Shown here piece by piece: positions 45,684 through 54,796 of a stretch of DNA of 64,000 nt. This stretch comes from a virus. The notes beneath the pieces were generated by a model. That model searched no databases, was not told where the DNA came from, and saw only the letters and a program-made list of their open reading frames with translations. How positions within the stretch are numbered: the first letter of the stretch is position 1; every line of letters begins with the position of its first letter. A program made the position numbers and the translations under genes. Location of the stretch: IMG/VR virus record IMGVR_UViG_3300002092_000035, positions 27,155 to 91,154 of that record; one strand, given 5' to 3'.

Positions 45684-46742
45684 TTACAGCCCCAAGAAAT
45701 ATTGGATGATGTGATGGTGATCATCAAAGAAATCTTCTTCCTTGAGATCACTAAGAGGAACCCACATAGCCTTTTCAGCATCATCAGACCCCTTGACCTT
45801 AGGAAGTGCAACATCATCAGTCAGCTTGATGTGAAAGGCTTGGGTGATCACCCGACCGATAGTAGAGCGATAAGGGTCATCAAAGGTCTTAGAACCGTGA
45901 ATGCAACCACGAAGCACAGCTTGAGGAACCTTGATCTTCGTTTCTTCACGGAGTTCACGGATCATGCCATCTTCCATACGCTCAAACTCGTTGAGGTGGC
46001 CGCCCGGAAGTGCATACAAACCCTTACCAGGTTCTGAACGACGCTTCACGAGCAGGATATGTCCGCTCTGCTCAACTACAGCGTCAACTGCTACATGCTT
46101 GACAGGATAGGGAGCAACTTCCCACTGCTTCTTGTAGTTACGAGCGAAGATAAGTTCATTCTGTAACTGCTTGTAGATAGGATTATCAGCAAACTTTTCA
46201 TAAAGAAATTGAGCTACATTTTCAGGAACATCATCCTCAACCTCATTGCGATTGATGCCCTCAAGAAAATCCTCACGAATATTAGTTGCGTTGACTTCAA
46301 ACTCAATAGGAACATCAACGCTGTCATATTGGGGGAACATCTTTAGATAATAACTAGACTGATCCTTACTAGCACCGATCAGACCGACCTTAGCATCGGC
46401 ATGCCCTGCATTTGGGAAACCAAAATCATTAACTGCATCAATAGCATTGGTCCTGACAAGAGTCTGAACTTGGTTGATCCAAGCAGCATCATTGTATGTC
46501 TTGTCAAAGAGGGGCTTGATGATGATACGGTTGCGGTCAGATTCGTTATACGAACCAGCGATCATGTTTGTCCGTTCATCAAATGTGAAGGGATTGCGAA
46601 TGGTGCGAGATTTGCCGGATGACCCGACTAACACCAGAACGTATTTTGATTGCGTGAGAGCAACATCAATGATACGCTTATGTTCAAGATGGAAAGGCTG
46701 AAAACGCCCGATAAAGACCAAAAGGTCAAATTTCTTATTCAT
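45684..46742 (-). CDS. nadM: Bifunctional NMN adenylyltransferase / Nudix ADP-ribose pyrophosphatase
   Basis: IGRFQPFH..H, NATNIR, LPGG...E......RELREET, GSDDA. Confidence 0.93.
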   Translation of the reverse strand: MNKKFDLLVFIGRFQPFHLEHKRIIDVALTQSKYVLVLVGSSGKSRTIRNPFTFDERTNMIAGSYNESDRNRIIIKPLFDKTYNDAAWINQVQTLVRTNAIDAVNDFGFPNAGHADAKVGLIGASKDQSSYYLKMFPQYDSVDVPIEFEVNATNIREDFLEGINRNEVEDDVPENVAQFLYEKFADNPIYKQLQNELIFARNYKKQWEVAPYPVKHVAVDAVVEQSGHILLVKRRSEPGKGLYALPGGHLNEFERMEDGMIRELREETKIKVPQAVLRGCIHGSKTFDDPYRSTIGRVITQAFHIKLTDDVALPKVKGSDDAEKAMWVPLSDLKEEDFFDDHHHIIQYFLGL

Positions 46743-46848
46743 TGCTACAAACTCCTTGTTAGCGTTTTAAGTGTGAGTCTATCTCACATTCTTATTTATA
46801 CACGGTAAACAGGGTGAAGTCAATAACTTTCTTCACCCTGTTACCCAT

Positions 46849-47646
46849 TTAATGCACACCGTGACTCTGCGTTACAACCTTCTCAATGGGCGATGAGGAC
46901 TTGAGTGGTAGAAGTGGTCTCTTAGCACCTAATTCATCATTCATGTACTGAATGATTTTATTAGTAGCAACTAGCACAGTGTTGAATGCTGGTTCATAAT
47001 CATCTGATCTCGGATCACTAGGATTACCTTCATTGTAGTTTTTGGTTGAGGTCTCAAAAATCTCATCCTTATTGTTACCAGTAAGATCATATCTGTCGTG
47101 GATTACATGAACAGGAATATCTACGACCCAGACCTTTTTGTTAGTCCAATCAATATTACTGTTTACATTATAAACAAAACGATCTACGTGAGTATACAGA
47201 CTCACCGCTCCAACAATCTCATACCACTTACGCTTGATGATAGGGAAGATTGAGAACGGGTGCGTTAACATTCCTGCTACGATTGTCCTGAGCAAGGGCA
47301 TAGGATGAACATCATACTTATGAATAATAGTATCCCATCCCTGAGTCTGCATCAATGCATCATCATTCCAGACAAAGATCCAATGACCGCTGCTCAATCC
47401 AGCAAGGGTATTGACATACATGTTCAGTTTCTTGTATCCCATTCGCTTAAACTGATAGAGCGAGATGTTAGGATAATTGGGGATGATTTCCTTTTGAACA
47501 TATTCAATGTGTTCTAGGTCATCGTTGTCCATTCCTAATAGCAATTCAATCTGATCTGGATTATCTGCTAGATCATACAAACTCTTGATAGAATTTAAAA
47601 GGGGTTCTTTTCGTCCCCTACTCGGCAATAAGACACTGATTAACAT
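46849..47646 (-). CDS. Glycosyltransferase family 2-like
   Basis: ISVLLPSRGR, DNDD, WNDD. Confidence 0.75.
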   Translation of the reverse strand: MLISVLLPSRGRKEPLLNSIKSLYDLADNPDQIELLLGMDNDDLEHIEYVQKEIIPNYPNISLYQFKRMGYKKLNMYVNTLAGLSSGHWIFVWNDDALMQTQGWDTIIHKYDVHPMPLLRTIVAGMLTHPFSIFPIIKRKWYEIVGAVSLYTHVDRFVYNVNSNIDWTNKKVWVVDIPVHVIHDRYDLTGNNKDEIFETSTKNYNEGNPSDPRSDDYEPAFNTVLVATNKIIQYMNDELGAKRPLLPLKSSSPIEKVVTQSHGVH

Positions 47647-47698
47647 TTGCGTTCCTGTAAAGATGGTACGCCCCGAAGGGCGTACACTGTATTACTAC

Positions 47699-48205
47699 TT
47701 AGCTGTTGAGGGGGAACGGTGAAACAATTACATTTGGTTCAATGTAAATTGGCTTCACAGAATCCTTACCAGGAACTTTACAGAGAACCCAAGTCCCGCT
47801 AGCAGATGATGGGCTATATAGACCATTAGGATCAGCTTGTGGAAGAGTTATATTCCCGGTACCAGGAGTTTCAAACCCGCTAGCAATCCGTTCAGGATTA
47901 GTATACTGCGTAGAGTATGGAAGACCATACCCAACTGAGTCGCAAATCTTATGCAGACGACCACTCATATCCTGAGTATATGTATATGTCACGAGATTAG
48001 GCTGATCACGGAGTTCAATGATGTCCTTCATGATACGCTTCTCTTGAAAGTTCTTGATAGCAGGAAGACCCACAGATTCAACGCTTTGCCTTGAGATTTC
48101 CTCTTGCTTCTGATTTTGAATTTGATCAGAAGAAGGAGTGTATGAACATGCTGTCAGAGAAACAGCAGCGATAGAGAGTGCAACGATAGAGATAATCTTA
48201 TTCAT
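47699..48205 (-). CDS. Lipoprotein (paralogue A)
   Basis: Lipobox LTAC; CDS.GYGLPYSTQYT.P; LPQADPNGLYSP. Confidence 0.8.
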   Translation of the reverse strand: MNKIISIVALSIAAVSLTACSYTPSSDQIQNQKQEEISRQSVESVGLPAIKNFQEKRIMKDIIELRDQPNLVTYTYTQDMSGRLHKICDSVGYGLPYSTQYTNPERIASGFETPGTGNITLPQADPNGLYSPSSASGTWVLCKVPGKDSVKPIYIEPNVIVSPFPLNS

Positions 48206-48216
48206 TTGATTTTTCC

Positions 48217-48702
48217 TTAATTGGAGAGGGGGAAAGTAGTGACGAGAATATGCGGTTCAACGTATTGAGGTTCCGTCTTGTCTTTGCCAGGAACCTTACA
48301 GAGAATCCAAGTGCCGTCAGCAGAAGGAGGGCTATATAGCCCGTTAGGGTCGGCCTGAGGTAGTGAATACCCATAGCCGGACCCCTTCTCGGGAGAAGTA
48401 TACTGCGTAGAGTATGGAAGACCGTAGCCGATTGAATCGCAAAACTTATGATAGCGACCGTTCATGTCCTGTGTGTAGGTGAATGTAGTCAGCTTAGGAT
48501 TATCACGCATCTCAAGGATGTCCTTCATCAATCGCTTCTCTTGAAAGTTCTTGATAGCAGGAAGACCCACAGATTCAACGATTTGCCTTGAGATTTCCTC
48601 TTGCTTCTGATTTTGAATTTGATCAGAAGAAGGAGTATATTTGCCGCATCCAGCAAGAGTAAAAGTAGCAGCGAGTGCCGCAAAAATAGCAATCTTATTC
48701 AT
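48217..48702 (-). CDS. Lipoprotein (paralogue B)
   Basis: Lipobox LAGC; near-identical to paralogue A. Confidence 0.8.
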   Translation of the reverse strand: MNKIAIFAALAATFTLAGCGKYTPSSDQIQNQKQEEISRQIVESVGLPAIKNFQEKRLMKDILEMRDNPKLTTFTYTQDMNGRYHKFCDSIGYGLPYSTQYTSPEKGSGYGYSLPQADPNGLYSPPSADGTWILCKVPGKDKTEPQYVEPHILVTTFPLSN

Positions 48703-48716
48703 TTGATTTTCTTTTT

Positions 48717-49301
48717 TTATCTGTTATGTGGTATTAGAGTGAGGTTGTCTTTTACTTTTTTGAAGGCTATTTGATAGCCTTCCATAAAAACTTCACTAAG
48801 AAGAGTTATATTCATAAATGAGTCTATTCCTAATTTAGGACAATACCTAGGATCCGGAAACTTATCCCAGTTATAGTCATCAACTATCATTATACCGTTT
48901 ACTTTCAATACTCTTTCCGCGAGGATAAGATTTGCTACATTATCTCCGGCTGTTTTTCCGGCATCAATATACACAAAATCAAATTGCGAACGTTGTTCAT
49001 GCAACTTAGCAATCTCAACAAATGAAAGACCAACTAATGTGGTTAATTGATTATATTTTGGATGTGCAGACATATTTTTTATATATCTCTCTGCGATCTC
49101 TGGATTAATAAATCGGTCAATCGTAGTTAGATTTCCGTTGCCTACAAAACTATCTAGCAAGTATGATGCTGATCGTCCTTCATAAGAACCTACTTCTAAA
49201 CAATTTAAATCTTTTCCAAAAGTGGTATTTAAATATGCTAATACAATTTCCCAATTTGGTATATTACCAGTAAAATCATCTCTAGTATATACCGGATCCA
49301 T
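48717..49301 (-). CDS. Class I SAM-dependent methyltransferase (Methyltransf_24-like)
   Basis: LEVGSYEGRS, FDFVYIDA, G.MIVDDY.W. Confidence 0.85.
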   Translation of the reverse strand: MDPVYTRDDFTGNIPNWEIVLAYLNTTFGKDLNCLEVGSYEGRSASYLLDSFVGNGNLTTIDRFINPEIAERYIKNMSAHPKYNQLTTLVGLSFVEIAKLHEQRSQFDFVYIDAGKTAGDNVANLILAERVLKVNGIMIVDDYNWDKFPDPRYCPKLGIDSFMNITLLSEVFMEGYQIAFKKVKDNLTLIPHNR

Positions 49302-49618
49302 TACTTCACGGATTCGTAGAAGTCACGAAGATCAGCCGGCATCTTGTTTTCCGGATAAACTTCAAAGCGATGACGAATGATAGGACGCAGAGCAGCCTTA
49401 CCTGCTTCATCCGAAGTCACATACTGACGCTGGAGTTCAGTAAGATCACGGACCATACCCTCATTGTATTGTTCCGACTCATGAAACACCTTGCTGTCAA
49501 CATCACGATACTTCGGAGCGAAGTATGAATATCCCATATACGAGAGATATGATAGTCCGAATAGAAGTGCGATAGCAGCCAAAGCTGAACCTGCACCATA
49601 AAAAATCGTTTTAATCAT
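49301..49618 (-). CDS. Membrane-anchored helical protein
   Basis: N-terminal TM helix; VF.ES..YN.G. Confidence 0.7.
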   Translation of the reverse strand: MIKTIFYGAGSALAAIALLFGLSYLSYMGYSYFAPKYRDVDSKVFHESEQYNEGMVRDLTELQRQYVTSDEAGKAALRPIIRHRFEVYPENKMPADLRDFYESVK

Positions 49619-49631
49619 TAATTTTCCTTTC

Positions 49632-49889
49632 TTAATTAGAAGACGTAGAAGACGAACTCTTAAAGAGGAGTCCGCACAAAATCATGATGCCCCAAGCCTG
49701 CATCCAACCGATAGCCTTGATGCCAGGAATAGCAGCGATCAAGCAGTAGTTCCAGAGCAGCATCACAGGATAACTGAACATTAGTCCGCCAACAAGGACA
49801 ATCAATACCCATGTGATGACTAGGACAAAAGCCTTAGCAACTGTTTCCATTTTATTTTCCTTTTCTTTAGTGACAAAATATGAGAGCAT
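49632..49889 (-). CDS. Small membrane protein
   Basis: LWN...I.W.QAWG...L...LFKS. Confidence 0.7.
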   Translation of the reverse strand: MLSYFVTKEKENKMETVAKAFVLVITWVLIVLVGGLMFSYPVMLLWNYCLIAAIPGIKAIGWMQAWGIMILCGLLFKSSSSTSSN

Positions 49890-50072
49890 TTTTAGTTCTT
49901 CTGATCTAGGACTAACTTACATGCGGTGTTCTCGTCAGGCCAAAAATGCTGACATTCACCGTTCTTTTCGTATTTGACATACTCTTGGAGCACCTTCTCA
50001 GTAGAAGAATAACGTTCACGGGCCATCTTAGAGAGGATCTGGATTGCACGGAATTGATTCATCTCGCTCATC

Positions 50073-50345
50073 TCACATGCTCCAATATGCTTCTGAACTC
50101 GGATCACAGACCCGAGGAGTATCTTTCAGGATGACAACATCTTTGCCGGTCATCATATTCTTGACAGTCTTATACTTCTCATCAAACGAAATCTCATACT
50201 GACGCGAAGGATACAGATAACGGAGTTCATTGACTTCGCGAGCCATCGCTTCTGCATCAGGACGATTAAATTCGTAGGAACCAAAGAAACGCTTACCAGT
50301 CTTGTAACGCTTGTCAAGACGATAGATGATGAGTGAGTAGATCAT
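50073..50345 (-). CDS. Hypothetical protein
   Basis: VKN.MTGK......DTP..CDPSSE.YWSM. Confidence 0.75.
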   Translation of the reverse strand: MIYSLIIYRLDKRYKTGKRFFGSYEFNRPDAEAMAREVNELRYLYPSRQYEISFDEKYKTVKNMMTGKDVVILKDTPRVCDPSSEAYWSM

Positions 50346-50380
50346 TTGTTTTTCTCTCTCTGTGTTTCTGTCTATTATTC

Positions 50381-50421
50381 ATAATAACAGATTGCATACC
50401 GATGTCAACCGAAAAATGACC
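50381..50421 (-). promoter_or_regulatory. Early promoter with the same 18-mer as 12031
   Basis: GGTCATTTTTCGGTTGACA-16-TATTAT. Confidence 0.7.
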
Positions 50422-50434
50422 TCGGATGCAACTT

Positions 50435-50878
50435 TTACCAAGAAGAACGATACTCAAAATCCCATGCACTGCTCAAGGTCAGTGCCTTGTCAATGATATT
50501 GATCGTATTCTCAAGGTCGCTATAATACCATTCATTATATTCAGTCATACCAAAGAAGAAGCCGGAATGCGTTGGCAATTCTGTAGGAGCCAAAGAGTTG
50601 TCTGCTTTTACCCGCTGACACAGGTCACGAAGGTCTATCAGATTCTGACGAGAAACATAAAAGGATTCACACGTATCTTCATCTCCCTGAACATTTTGCA
50701 CAAACCAACGATGAATCTGATTAGCCTTACGCCAATAGCCTGCTACAACTTTAATAGACGCAATTTCAAGATCAGTGCTAATTAGTTCAGCAATCTCCGT
50801 ACAAATCCTTTGATCACCCTGGTCCTCTCGCCAGCTATAAAAGTTACGATTGGCATATAGATACATGTCAAGACCCAT
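50435..50878 (-). CDS. Conserved phage protein
   Basis: MGLDMYL, YWRKANQIH.WF, LPT.SGFFFG, Y.SSW. Confidence 0.82.
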   Translation of the reverse strand: MGLDMYLYANRNFYSWREDQGDQRICTEIAELISTDLEIASIKVVAGYWRKANQIHRWFVQNVQGDEDTCESFYVSRQNLIDLRDLCQRVKADNSLAPTELPTHSGFFFGMTEYNEWYYSDLENTINIIDKALTLSSAWDFEYRSSW

Positions 50879-50929
50879 AATATTTTCCTTATTTTACAAA
50901 AAACTTGAAGATTTTTTCCTAGCGATTTA

Positions 50930-51154
50930 TCAAATCCTAAGGATCGCCCCGCCTATATAGATCGCAAGCAAAACACCATTCACGATGCTCAGATTGATAT
51001 CCTTGACCCGTATGCTCCAAGTGAGATAGAGGGCGCATCCGGTGTTGAGAAGAAAGATGTTTGCAGGATCAAGCTTCAATACGGTGCAAAGTGCCCCTGT
51101 CAGGGTAAAGAACAATGCTGACCATTTGATGATGGTGTTCACGGATAATGACAC
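50930..51154 (-). CDS. Small three-TM membrane protein
   Basis: Hydrophobic 74 aa. Confidence 0.65.
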   Translation of the reverse strand: MSLSVNTIIKWSALFFTLTGALCTVLKLDPANIFLLNTGCALYLTWSIRVKDINLSIVNGVLLAIYIGGAILRI

Positions 51155-51176
51155 TACTATTCCCTCTTAATGCAAG

Positions 51177-51761
51177 TTATCGCTTGGCCATGACTTTATC
51201 AGCTAAACCAAACTCAACCGATGCCTCTGCATTAAGATAGTTGTCCCTTGACATTGCTGTCTTAAGTTCTTCTACGGTCTTGCCGGTATTATTAGCATAC
51301 ACCTCAGTGAGAAGATTGTTTAACCGAACCATTTCTTCCATTTGGATCTCCGCATCCCAAACTGTGCCACGTGATCCACCTGATACAGAATGTATCATAT
51401 GCCTTGCCCTAGGGAGAATGAACCGCTTGCCTTTGGTACCGGAACTAGCAAGAAGTGATCCCATTGAACAAACACTTCCGATTGCGATAGTGGACACATC
51501 ACATTTAATGAAGTCCATAGTATCAAGAATCGCTAGGCCAGCAGTCACAGAACCACCCGGAGAGTTAATATAGAGCGAGATATCATTCTCGGAATCTTCG
51601 GACTCAAGATAGAGTAGCTGGGCGACGATCAGATTGGCCATTGAATCGTGGACTTCGCCCTCAAGCAAAATAACACGATCTTTCAGTAGTCTACTATAGA
51701 TATCCATCGCTCTTTCACCGCGACTAGATTGTTCTACTACCATTGGTACTAAGTTGGACAT
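51177..51761 (-). CDS. clpP: ATP-dependent Clp protease proteolytic subunit
   Basis: [30 protein letters not shown]. Confidence 0.95.
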   Translation of the reverse strand: MSNLVPMVVEQSSRGERAMDIYSRLLKDRVILLEGEVHDSMANLIVAQLLYLESEDSENDISLYINSPGGSVTAGLAILDTMDFIKCDVSTIAIGSVCSMGSLLASSGTKGKRFILPRARHMIHSVSGGSRGTVWDAEIQMEEMVRLNNLLTEVYANNTGKTVEELKTAMSRDNYLNAEASVEFGLADKVMAKR

Positions 51762-51829
51762 TAATATTTCCTTGTTGTTATTAATAAGATCACTATACTG
51801 CTATTTAGGACATAAGTCAATAACTTTGG

Positions 51830-51909
51830 GATAAATAAAGATGTAGTTCGCGAGATTGGCGTCTCCAACTACTCTAACGCTTGAAGGAGCATCAGCAATG
51901 ACTATTTAT
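51830..51909 (+). promoter_or_regulatory. Conserved structured leader of homing endonuclease gene (copy 2)
   Basis: Same layout as 40795-40872 with compensatory stem changes. Confidence 0.7.
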
Positions 51910-52605
51910 TTGTATAAGAAGACCCACAACAAAACCGGTCTCCAATATTTAGGAAAAACTATTAAAGATCCGCACAAATATAAGGGTTCCGGCACCCGAT
52001 GGGTTAACCATGTCAACAAACACGGACATGATGTCACTACTGAAATACTCAGAGAATGTAGTACCGACGCAGAGGTTAAAGAATGGGGACTTTATTACAG
52101 CAACTTATGGAATGTAGTTGATAATTCTGATTGGGCTAACTTGAAGCCGGAATCTGGAGATGGTGGATTCATAATAAGGCAATGGGAGGATCCTGTATAT
52201 AAAGAACGATTGAGAGTATCACTCGTCGCCGCCCAATCTAGGATAGACCATGTAGCCAAATCAAATGCTATAAAACGAGCGATGGCTACTCCAGAAATAA
52301 AACAGAGACATAAAACAAGCTGCCAGCTGGCTCAAGCGAATCCCGAAGTAATAGAAAATAACCGAATCAAACAAAAGGAGTTATGGAAAGATCCTGATAT
52401 TAGAAAGAGACGAATTGCGTCCATGGCTTCAGGATCCACTCATCCAGGATATGATCATGCACTTTATACTTTTATTCACAAATCGGGGATAATAGAAACT
52501 TGCACCCGAAATTCATTATTACAGAAATACAATCTACATAACGGCGCATTGTCCTGGTTATTATCAGGCAAGGTAAAAACGCATAAGGGATGGCGGCTAG
52601 ACTAG
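51898..52605 (+). CDS. GIY-YIG (Seg-like) homing endonuclease, inverted to neighbours
   Basis: MTIYLY.KTH..TGL.YLGKT...Y.GSG..W; WANL.PE.GDGG; AAGGAG SD. Confidence 0.82.
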   Translation: MTIYLYKKTHNKTGLQYLGKTIKDPHKYKGSGTRWVNHVNKHGHDVTTEILRECSTDAEVKEWGLYYSNLWNVVDNSDWANLKPESGDGGFIIRQWEDPVYKERLRVSLVAAQSRIDHVAKSNAIKRAMATPEIKQRHKTSCQLAQANPEVIENNRIKQKELWKDPDIRKRRIASMASGSTHPGYDHALYTFIHKSGIIETCTRNSLLQKYNLHNGALSWLLSGKVKTHKGWRLD

Positions 52606-52617
52606 CAAGCGGTTTAT

Positions 52618-53772
52618 TTACCGTTTCTTGCGGCCGACATTACCGCTTGTCGGCTCTTTCGGTTGTTCAGGTTTCTCTCTACCTAGAGCGATGTCAGCGG
52701 CTTTCTTTCTAAATTCAGCCTCAGTATCAGTACGCTTGTCACGACCAACAGTTGGCGAGAGCCCCGAATCGGAATTCACATCACCTAAATTAGCACGTAA
52801 TGATACCTTAGGCATTGCTTCGCCCTCAGGACCATACAGATATCCGCTATTAACATTGATGGACCCAATCATATCATCATAGGTTTGAAAATACTGAGCG
52901 GTACGACTACCCACATCCATCATTAGCATTCCGTCAAACTTAGAAAGTTTTTTATAATTTTCGTATCCTGTACGTAGCAGTTCGTCTTGAATTGCAAGAG
53001 TATCACCAGTCTCAAGAGCTTCTTCAAAGGTTGAGGTATCTACCGCAGTGAACAGTCCCTTAGCAATCGTCTTGCATACATCAGGCAGTGTCTTTTCTGG
53101 AATAGCAGGACGATAAGTGTCTACCCATGCGGAAATTCTTAAACGGTCAGGAACCGCGATTCCGGTTGCATTTTCTATTGCAGATTTGATTGCAGGCATA
53201 TTCATATTAGCCTTACGAGCATTGATCCATCGCCCGCCGGATTTAACACTAGTTTTCACTTCAATGTTTTTACCGTCTACGATGATATCCCCGCCTCCTG
53301 CTTCGCGTCCGCTCCATTTGATATCGGGGCTTAATACAGCGAGTGCAACTTCGCCCGGCCCAACACCTTGAGAAACCAAACTAGTTGATAATTGTGCGAA
53401 CAAATCAGCAGGGAAACCTTCTCCTACAATTTCATCAAAGCTATGTGGCGAACCATCTAGCAATAGTGAGGTATCTACGATTCCCTTTGGATACTTATCT
53501 AGAAATTTATTTTTCTCTTCTAGTGGTGCGTCACTCTGCACAATTGCATCAGTGATCTGTTTGATAAATCTCTCAGCGTCGGCATCTGTTTTCAGTAGAT
53601 CATGAATTCTTTCATCCAGATTCCCTGCTTTTAGAGTTTTCAGTACTTTGTGCAAGACAGGAGGTTCATCCGTTGTCTTTACTAGACCGATAATGGTCTT
53701 TTTGATATCGGAACCCGACTCGGTTTCTTCGGATTCTAGCATGGTAATGAAGTTGATAAGGTCTCTCATCAT
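52618..53772 (-). CDS. Hypothetical protein with PD-(D/E)XK-like motif
   Basis: GPGE.AL...GDIIVDG..IEVK; N-terminus MRDLI. Confidence 0.6.
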   Translation of the reverse strand: MMRDLINFITMLESEETESGSDIKKTIIGLVKTTDEPPVLHKVLKTLKAGNLDERIHDLLKTDADAERFIKQITDAIVQSDAPLEEKNKFLDKYPKGIVDTSLLLDGSPHSFDEIVGEGFPADLFAQLSTSLVSQGVGPGEVALAVLSPDIKWSGREAGGGDIIVDGKNIEVKTSVKSGGRWINARKANMNMPAIKSAIENATGIAVPDRLRISAWVDTYRPAIPEKTLPDVCKTIAKGLFTAVDTSTFEEALETGDTLAIQDELLRTGYENYKKLSKFDGMLMMDVGSRTAQYFQTYDDMIGSINVNSGYLYGPEGEAMPKVSLRANLGDVNSDSGLSPTVGRDKRTDTEAEFRKKAADIALGREKPEQPKEPTSGNVGRKKR

Positions 53773-53839
53773 TATATTTATTCTTTTTGGTAGGGCAAAG
53801 TCATAAATACTAATAGAAAGCCAAAATAAGGAGATTTTA

Positions 53840-54091
53840 ATGGCATATTTACTAGCAACTATTATAGTTGGTTTCTTAGCATGTGCTATCTGGGCATTCT
53901 ACGAGAACAAACGGACTACTCCTGTTGATGGCAAACCTATTATATCTTACTACAGTATTCCGGTGGAAGAAGCACCCGTAGAAGAAGCACCCGTAGAAGA
54001 AGCACCTGTTGTCAACAAGCCCCGTGTTAAAAAGGAAACGCCAGCAACTCCAAAAGGTCCTCGTAAGCCAAAGATGACTGTAGTGAAATAA
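53840..54091 (+). CDS. Membrane-anchored protein with (PVEEA)x3 repeat
   Basis: N-terminal TM helix; 15-bp tandem repeats; AAGGAG SD. Confidence 0.7.
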   Translation: MAYLLATIIVGFLACAIWAFYENKRTTPVDGKPIISYYSIPVEEAPVEEAPVEEAPVVNKPRVKKETPATPKGPRKPKMTVVK

Positions 54092-54097
54092 TCTTTC

Positions 54098-54796
54098 ATG
54101 CAAGATATTGGTTTTGATCTAATCAGCGATCTCAATCTGTCAGAAGATGACAGTTTTAATTGGGAAAATAAAGCAACAAGTTTGTATTGCCTTGTCGCAG
54201 GAAATGTAAGTTCTGATCTACGGACGATTGTTCAAACCCTAGCTCATCTTGGTAGATTATATCAGGGTGTATTCTATGTTCCGGGTCCTCTAGAATATGA
54301 AGGAACTGAGGATGTGCAAAGTAGGACTGATCAATTGTTTAATATAGTGAATGTTATCACTAACGTCAGAATGTTATACCGGCATGTGTTGATAGTAGAT
54401 GGGGTTGCCGTGATAGGAGTGAATGGATGGAATCATGTAGGTAACACTCTTACTCTGGAAAATCTAATGGAAGCAGCCGCTAGACATGATGATATAACAT
54501 ATCTTCATAAGTCTATCGGCAAGCTTCAAAAACACCTAGATGTAAAGAAAATCATTGTTATGACTAGCGGCGTCCCTAGTGAAGAGTTATATTTTGGAGA
54601 GACACCTGAAATAGTAGAAGATCAAATACCCTTATGTGCTGTCTTAGGAAGTGACACTGAACACAAAGTAACACATTGGGTATTTGGTACTTATGACAAA
54701 ACTGCCGATACCTATTTAAATAACATAAACTATGTCAACAATCCTTATATAAAAGGATCGCCCTATTGGGCAAAAAGACTCACTTTATCCGTTTGA
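54098..54796 (+). CDS. Degenerate metallophosphoesterase homolog
   Basis: SDLNL, AGN, PGPLEY, WVFGTY replace SDLHL, AGD, GNHEY, HGH. Confidence 0.7.
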   Translation: MQDIGFDLISDLNLSEDDSFNWENKATSLYCLVAGNVSSDLRTIVQTLAHLGRLYQGVFYVPGPLEYEGTEDVQSRTDQLFNIVNVITNVRMLYRHVLIVDGVAVIGVNGWNHVGNTLTLENLMEAAARHDDITYLHKSIGKLQKHLDVKKIIVMTSGVPSEELYFGETPEIVEDQIPLCAVLGSDTEHKVTHWVFGTYDKTADTYLNNINYVNNPYIKGSPYWAKRLTLSV

